Below are positions 59,039-64,000 of a stretch of 64,000 bases of DNA, piece after piece (the stretch's first letter is position 1; each line of letters begins with the position of its first letter). The translations under genes were made by a program, and so were the position numbers. The stretch spans positions 1,018,064 to 1,082,063 of the forward strand of contig CAWJSJ010000001.1 in NCBI GenBank assembly GCA_963845565.1, in the 5' to 3' direction. Origin of the DNA: an uncultured Methylomirabilota bacterium. Its GTDB lineage: Bacteria; Methylomirabilota; Methylomirabilia; Methylomirabilales; 2-02-FULL-66-22. The notes under the pieces were generated by a model. It was given only the letters and a program-made list of their open reading frames with translations, made no database searches and was not told the DNA's origin.

Positions 59039-60018
59039 TGGCACTTCCGGCCCCGCCGCGGTCCGCCGGCCGCACGGCCCTCCTGATCAAGGTGGCGGTC
59101 AGCGGCGTCCTGCTCGCGGTGCTCTTCTGGCGGGTGGATCGCGCGGCCGTCGTCCGCAGCCTCCACGCGCTGCCCCTCTCCCTCTTCCTCGGGTGCGTGG
59201 CCCTCTACATCCTCGGCTACGTCATCAGCACCGTCCGCTGGGGCTGCCTGCTCCGGGCCGAGGGGATCCGGGTGCCGCTCTGGCGGCTCACCCTGGTCTA
59301 TTTCCAGGGGGCCTTCTTCAACCTGTTCCTGCCGACGCTGATCGGCGGCGACCTCGTCCGGGGGTACTTCATCTACAAGATGACGCAGGGGCACGACGCC
59401 TCGCTCGCCTCCATCCTGCTCGACCGGCTTACGGGGTTCGCCGCGCTGCTGCTGCTGGCCGTGGGCGCCCTGGCCGTCGCCTCCGGGACGCTCCGCGACC
59501 CCCAGGTCGCGGCGCTGATCCTGGGCGTGGCGGCGCTCTTCGCGGGCCTCCTGCTCGTGCTGGTGAACAGCCGCCTGCTCGACCGCGCCACCGGCCTCCT
59601 CCGCCTGCTGGGCCTGGCGCGCTTCCAGGCCAAGCTGCAGGGCATGGTGGACGCGCTCCGCCGCTACCGCGGGCACCACCGGGCGCTCGGGCAGGCCTTC
59701 GGACTCTCCCTCCTGCTCCAGGCATTGATCATCGTCACCTACTACCTGATCGGCGCCGGCCTGGGCCTGGGCGTGCCGCTGCTGTACTTCTTCCTGTTCG
59801 TCCCGCTCATCACCTGCCTCTCCATGCTGCCGGTCTCGGTGGCCGGCCTCGGCATCCGCGAGGGGGGCGTCATCTACTTCTTCGCCAAGGTCGGCGTCCC
59901 CGCCGCCGCGGCCCTGGGGATGTCGCTGGTCTGGTTCTCCCTCACCGTCGTCGTGAGCGGGCTCGGGGGGTTGGTGTTTCTCCTGGACAGCCACGCCGCC
60001 AAGCGGACCGGAGCGTAG
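59035..60018 (+). CDS. Lysylphosphatidylglycerol-synthase TM/flippase-like membrane protein
   Basis: RW..LL, FFNLFLP..IGGD..R, DRL.G, LPVSVAGLGIRE. Confidence 0.85.
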   Translation: MMALPAPPRSAGRTALLIKVAVSGVLLAVLFWRVDRAAVVRSLHALPLSLFLGCVALYILGYVISTVRWGCLLRAEGIRVPLWRLTLVYFQGAFFNLFLPTLIGGDLVRGYFIYKMTQGHDASLASILLDRLTGFAALLLLAVGALAVASGTLRDPQVAALILGVAALFAGLLLVLVNSRLLDRATGLLRLLGLARFQAKLQGMVDALRRYRGHHRALGQAFGLSLLLQALIIVTYYLIGAGLGLGVPLLYFFLFVPLITCLSMLPVSVAGLGIREGGVIYFFAKVGVPAAAALGMSLVWFSLTVVVSGLGGLVFLLDSHAAKRTGA

Positions 60019-60271
60019 TGTCCTGTCCCAGAGATTCGCCACATAAGTCAGGGCCGCAGGTCCATCCCGAGGACGCCGCGCCAGACCCATCCTGCGGATG
60101 GGTACCCCCCGGCCGGCTCCGGTCCGGAGTCTCGCCGCAGGCGGGACGACCCGGAGCAAGGCCGGGCGGTTCCGGGTACCCACTCGCCAGAGTGGGTGTA
60201 GGCGCAAGGCGTCGGAGGAATGGACCTGCGGCCCGGTACATCGTCAACGAACTTCAGAGACAGGACACTAG
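60016..60271. repeat. MITE-like repeat family C, complete copy
   Basis: TIR TAGTGTCCTGTC...GACAGGACACTA; starts at the upstream gene's TAG stop. Confidence 0.8.
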
Positions 60272-60277
60272 CGGGCC

Positions 60278-60922
60278 ATGGGGGATGCCGTCGCCGTGCT
60301 GCAGGCGCTGGACCGGGGGGCCTTTCTCGTCATCAACGGGACCCTCCAGAATCCCCTCTTCGACCTCGCCATGCCGGCGCTGAGCAACAAGTGGCTCGGC
60401 TTCCTGCTGGCCGCCCTGCTGATCCCGCTTGTTCTGGCCCGCCATGGCCGCCGCGCCGCGCCGGTCCTCGCCCTCGCCGTCCTGGCCGTGGCCCTGAGCG
60501 ATCTGGGGGCCAATGCGCTCAAGCACCTCGTCCAGCGCATCCGCCCCTGCCACGTCATCGCCGGGGTCCACCTGCTGGCCGGATGCACCCGCTCTTTCGC
60601 CATGCCGTCCAACCACGCCGCCAACATGTTCGCCCTGGCCGGCGCGCTCTGGGTCGGCCTGCCCGCCTGGCGGTGGCCCGTCCTCATCCTGGCCGCGGGC
60701 GTGGGCTACTCCCGCGTCTACCTGGGGGTGCACTACCCGACCGATGTGATCGTGGGGGCGATCTGCGGGCTGGCGCTGGGGTGGGCGGTCATGCACCTCG
60801 GCCTGCGCCTGCTGCCCGCCCGTGGACAACCCGGAGCGCGGAGGCGCCCGCACCCGACCCCTCGGAGCCGAACCGCGGCGCACGCGCCTAGCGTCCTTTC
60901 CGTCGGATTCGGCGCAGACTGA
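60278..60922 (+). CDS. PAP2-family membrane phosphatase
   Basis: KHLVQRIRP, PSNH, SRVYLGVHYPTD. Confidence 0.92.
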   Translation: MGDAVAVLQALDRGAFLVINGTLQNPLFDLAMPALSNKWLGFLLAALLIPLVLARHGRRAAPVLALAVLAVALSDLGANALKHLVQRIRPCHVIAGVHLLAGCTRSFAMPSNHAANMFALAGALWVGLPAWRWPVLILAAGVGYSRVYLGVHYPTDVIVGAICGLALGWAVMHLGLRLLPARGQPGARRRPHPTPRSRTAAHAPSVLSVGFGAD

Positions 60923-61152
60923 ATCCCGGGGGAATCGGCCACACCATCTCGAGGGATCGGTGCGCATCTGTTGGAGTCTTTGGCAACAACGGTGCGTCAT
61001 GGTATCGTCTCCAACGGTCGACTACTGCCGGCTCACACGTACGGTAGCTTGCAGCTGTCGCTCAGTCCAGATTCGCCCTCCGGGAGACCCGGGCGTGCCT
61101 GATCGGAAGTCCTTGGACGTGCATCACTGAAGCGCCGCGTACGGCTGATTGA

Positions 61153-61407
61153 CGGCAGCCCGGCGGATATGGCATCCTGATTCAGATGTTCTGGAAAGAT
61201 CATGCTCCGCCGCACTTCCATGCGCTGTATGCAGAAGACGAAGCGCTGATCGACATCCGAACGTTGGAGGTTCTCGAGGGGCATTTGGGTCGGCGAGCAC
61301 TGGCGCTGGTGCTCGAATGGGCGCAAGAACATCGCGCCGAACTCCTGGAGGATTGGGAACTATGTGCCCACAATCAATCTCCGAAGAAAATCCGCCCACT
61401 TTCGTAA
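61153..61407 (+). pseudogene. DUF4160-family toxin-like gene, 5'-truncated
   Basis: YGILIQMFWKDHAPPHFHA follows an in-frame TGA at 61150; the usual MP.IS.F start is missing; could initiate at Met 61186. Confidence 0.7.
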
Positions 61408-61427
61408 CCCCTCCGATCCACCCGCGT

Positions 61428-61691
61428 ATGCCGTGGCGGGTTGTCGAGGCCGAAGTACTTGCGGACTACAAATTGCGGGTCCGATTTGTCGACGGAACGG
61501 AAGGAACCGTCGACATGGCCGGACTCATCCATTCCTCTGCGGCGGGGGTCTTTGCCCCACTGTCCGACCCCTCCCGATTCGCGCAAGCGCGTGTGACCCA
61601 CGGCGCGGTGACCTGGCCCGGCGAGATCGACCTGGCCCCGGATGCGATGTACGCCGAGATCAAACGGGGCGGGCACTGGATACTTGGCTGA
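61428..61691 (+). CDS. DUF2442-family protein (partner of DUF4160)
   Basis: YKLRVRFVDG, GVFAPL.D..F, VTWPGEIDLAPD.MY; alternative start 61362. Confidence 0.88.
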   Translation: MPWRVVEAEVLADYKLRVRFVDGTEGTVDMAGLIHSSAAGVFAPLSDPSRFAQARVTHGAVTWPGEIDLAPDAMYAEIKRGGHWILG

Positions 61692-61807
61692 TCACTGAAG
61701 GGAAATACAGCACACTCGCTCTCGGTCCTCAACGCGTGTTCCGATTCGGCTCCGATAGACAATAACCCACCGCGTGGCCGAACGGCCATTCGGTAGGTCA
61801 AATCTCA

Positions 61808-61855
61808 TTCCAACGGGACATTGCGAGGTGGGGCCGTGAAGACCGTAATCCTTGA
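61808..61855 (+). pseudogene. C-terminal remnant of DUF6516-like toxin
   Basis: FQRDIARWGREDRNP* overlaps the next GTG, as in DUF6516/HVO_A0114-type pairs; no homology further upstream. Confidence 0.55.
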
Positions 61856-62183
61856 TGTGCGCAGGCCTGACGAGGCGATGGCGGATTTTGGGCGCGCCTG
61901 GAAGACGGGCAAAGCGGACAAGACCGCCCGGATCAGCTTTGCCACGCCGGACGTGCTCTGGCAGGTGCTGACCGCAAAACGGTGGGCGCTACTCAAGACG
62001 CTCTGCGGGGCGGGTCCGGTGTCGATCCGCGAGGCCGCGCGGCGCGTCGGGCGCGACGTCAAGGCCGTCCACGCGGATGTGACCGCGTTGCTGAAGGCGG
62101 GCGTGCTGGATCGGGCCGCGGGCGGCGGCATCGTGTTTCCGTACGAGGCAGTGAAGGTCGAGTTCCTGCTGCGCGCGGCCTGA
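61836..62183 (+). CDS. HVO_A0114-like HTH antitoxin/regulator
   Basis: ISFATP..LW.VLTAKRW.LL, SIREAARRVGRDVKAVH.DV, FPYEAV.V.F. Confidence 0.85.
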   Translation: MKTVILDVRRPDEAMADFGRAWKTGKADKTARISFATPDVLWQVLTAKRWALLKTLCGAGPVSIREAARRVGRDVKAVHADVTALLKAGVLDRAAGGGIVFPYEAVKVEFLLRAA

Positions 62184-62248
62184 TTCGGGTGGGTGGCGGG
62201 ACCGAACGTCGGGTCGAGTGGGCGGGATGGAATCCGCGTGGGACACTT

Positions 62249-62278
62249 CCATAGGACTCGAAAGGATCGTTTACGCAT
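62249..62278 (-). pseudogene. First ~10 codons of a RelE/ParE toxin
   Basis: MRKRSFRVLW overlapping the Phd stop, then unrelated sequence. Confidence 0.55.
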
Positions 62279-62560
62279 CGCCCAATGCTCGGGAAAGAGA
62301 CCTCTCGGCGCGCCGGAACGCTTCGGTTTGGGTGACAACGCGGTGTGACGCGATGTCCGCTCTTCGCCCTGGGCTAACAGTTTGAGAAGCGCCAGAGCGC
62401 GTCTCCATTCGGCGTACTGAGCCACCCCCATGACCACCGCTTTCGCCTCTCCGCTCTGCGTGACGACGTACAATTGACCCGACTCTGCCGCGTCGCGGAC
62501 CACTTCAGCGGTGTGGTTCTTGAGGTAGGTGATCGGCTTGACAATTCCCGGGAGACTCAT
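62271..62560 (-). CDS. Phd/YefM antitoxin with a 2-nt indel near 62360
   Basis: VKPITYLK.H.AE, VVTQSGEAKAV, LALLKLLAQGE; removing GA restores ADIASHRVV..EAF...*. Confidence 0.8.
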
Positions 62561-62606
62561 CGTGCCCTCCTGTGTGCAACGGAGGTCAGAATATACCGGA
62601 CCGGAT

Positions 62607-62684
62607 TCAGACCCACGCAGGATGCGGAAGTGAGAATTCTACCCCTCCCCACATGAAGATGTTGGTGTCCAAGAAGTACTTCAC
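62607..62684 (-). pseudogene. First ~11 codons of a VapC/PIN toxin
   Basis: GTG overlapping the antitoxin TGA gives VKYFLDTNIFM, then unrelated sequence and a stop at codon 26. Confidence 0.7.
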
Positions 62685-62944
62685 GGCCGCCTCCGTCCGC
62701 CGGCGTGTGTCCGTGTAATCTCTGCTTCCATCTCCGCCCATTCTCCGACGGGGAGCGCCATTGCCGCGATCTCATCGCAGGCCTGCCGCTTGGCCGCTCG
62801 TCGGGTTTCCTTGATGACGTGCTCGACGACCCCTTCGCGCAAGAGCACGCTCAGCGGTTTCCGCTGCGCCTTTGCCAGCTTCAGGAGCAGGCGATGCTGC
62901 TCGTCGGTCAAGAGGACTTGGACTTTATGCACCAGTGTCGGCAT
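62681..62944 (-). CDS. CopG/RHH-type antitoxin
   Basis: KVQVLLTDEQ..LL.LAK.Q.K.LS.LLRE, LPVGEW.EME.EI; GGAGAGG RBS; promoter TTGACG-N17-TACTCT at 63013-62985. Confidence 0.85.
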   Translation of the reverse strand: MPTLVHKVQVLLTDEQHRLLLKLAKAQRKPLSVLLREGVVEHVIKETRRAAKRQACDEIAAMALPVGEWAEMEAEITRTHAGGRRRP

Positions 62945-63265
62945 CTGCCTCTCCTTCTCCGTCCGGGAAGATAGTATGTACTTTAGAGTATCCCAGACAG
63001 CGGATCACGTCAAGACCCCGGACTCTGCAGGCACCGCCGCGCCTCGCCGCGTAAAGTGGAGACACGAGCATCGCTGCCGTTGGCGACGATTTCGTCGCAA
63101 TCGTTCGCGTGGTTTGGCAGGAGCGTGTGTCCTCTTGTTCCTGCCCTTCGTGCCAGATTCTGCGTTCTTTTCTTTCAGTTCCACGCCAATGCCTTGCCAA
63201 TGTTAATCTCTTGACGAGCGTCCTACCGTGCAGTATTGAGATGCGTACATAGTAGGAGGGAAAAG

Positions 63266-63523
63266 GTGCATACAACCACCATGACGCGTACGGGGCAGGT
63301 CACGATCCCGGCGGAGATTCGGCAGGCGCTTGGCCTCGTCGAGGGAGACCGCCTCGAGGTACAGTTGGAGGCCGGCACGGTATGCCTGCGGCGCGCGGAG
63401 AGTGTGATCGCGCGGACCGCTGGGATATTCGCACAACCGGGCCCAGGCCGCTCAGCCGAAGAGTTGCGCGAGGCCACCGAAACCGCGATAGCACTGGAAA
63501 CCGAAGCGCGGAGTCACCCCTAG
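63266..63523 (+). CDS. AbrB/MazE/SpoVT-family antitoxin, no downstream toxin
   Basis: TRTGQVTIPAEIRQALGL..GD; AGGAGG RBS; promoter TTGACG-N17-TATTGA at 63211. Confidence 0.88.
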   Translation: MHTTTMTRTGQVTIPAEIRQALGLVEGDRLEVQLEAGTVCLRRAESVIARTAGIFAQPGPGRSAEELREATETAIALETEARSHP

Positions 63524-63733
63524 TGTCCTGAGTTGGAAGTTCGCCCACATATTTCAAGGCCAGAGGGGCACCCGAAGACGCCGCGCCCGCGGGGCGGCCG
63601 GGTCCGGTCCGGAGGCCCGGTTTCCGGGGGCCGACCCGGAGCAAGGCCGCCCGGTTCTCGACGAGGCGCCAGGCGGCTGAGGGGTGTCCCTCTGGCCGGG
63701 ACATTGTCAGCGAACCTACGATTCACCACACTA
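63521..63733. repeat. MITE-like repeat family C copy
   Basis: Starts TAGTGTCCTG at the abrB stop; core shared with 60016 and 25517; ends CACACTA. Confidence 0.75.
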
Positions 63734-64000
63734 ACTGCGACACACCGGATCCACGTTCGCCCCACCGCCCGGAGGCCGGGCCGGTCTGCCGGGAGGATGG
63801 CCGATGCGGACCCCGCCGTTTCTCAACGCCGGGAATACGCACCAGGCCGAAGGTCCGCTCTGCGGGATGGTTCTCTTTGCGGTCGTAGCGAACTTGGCGG
63901 CGAAGACGTACGTCGGGGACAGGACACGAGAAAGACCAATGCCCGGGGGTCACCGTACCACCACCCGGGCATCAAAAAAGTCTTGACCTGCTCCACGGTA

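Noticed and set aside
61805..62560. 251-aa Phd fusion ORF from the track
   Set aside because: Artefact of a 2-nt indel; the extension is the RelE stub plus antisense of the HVO_A0114-like gene.
60960..63733. TA cluster as an integron cassette array
   Set aside because: No integrase and no RYYYAAC...GTTRRRY attC sites between genes; orientations are mixed.

Overview
GC-rich bacterial chromosomal window, probably from a long-read or metagenome assembly. Lineage is not determinable here; a Methylomirabilota/deltaproteobacteria-like host is only a guess. Housekeeping blocks are recA-pilT-recX-alaS-psd-pssA, etfB-etfA-FeS/CCG oxidoreductase-B12 mutase subunit-meaB, dusB, and purH-purD-purE-arnT-like-GT2-flippase-PAP2. 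Accessory blocks are: (i) three tandem family-5 solute-binding protein (SBP) paralogs with no permease or ATPase, followed by a sensor kinase, a sigma54 activator and a sigma54-promoted exported protein; (ii) two TRAP transporters and a Liv-type ABC operon with TPP enzyme, DUF169 and quinone reductase; (iii) an Rrf2-controlled moeB-mec-ferritin-like-sulfur-carrier operon; (iv) many toxin-antitoxin modules, including a terminal array of five antitoxins whose toxins are all amputated. Three families of short MITE-like repeats mostly abut TAA/TAG stop codons. A ~23-nt covarying hairpin is nested inside two of these families, and heptamer tandem repeats have entered coding sequences in frame. Several frameshifts and one stretch (~28.9-30.4 kb) of interleaved fragments from two unrelated loci suggest local assembly or consensus errors. 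No CRISPR array, rRNA, tRNA, transposase, integrase or reverse transcriptase was seen. All calls come from reading the sequence and motif recall; no database searches were run.
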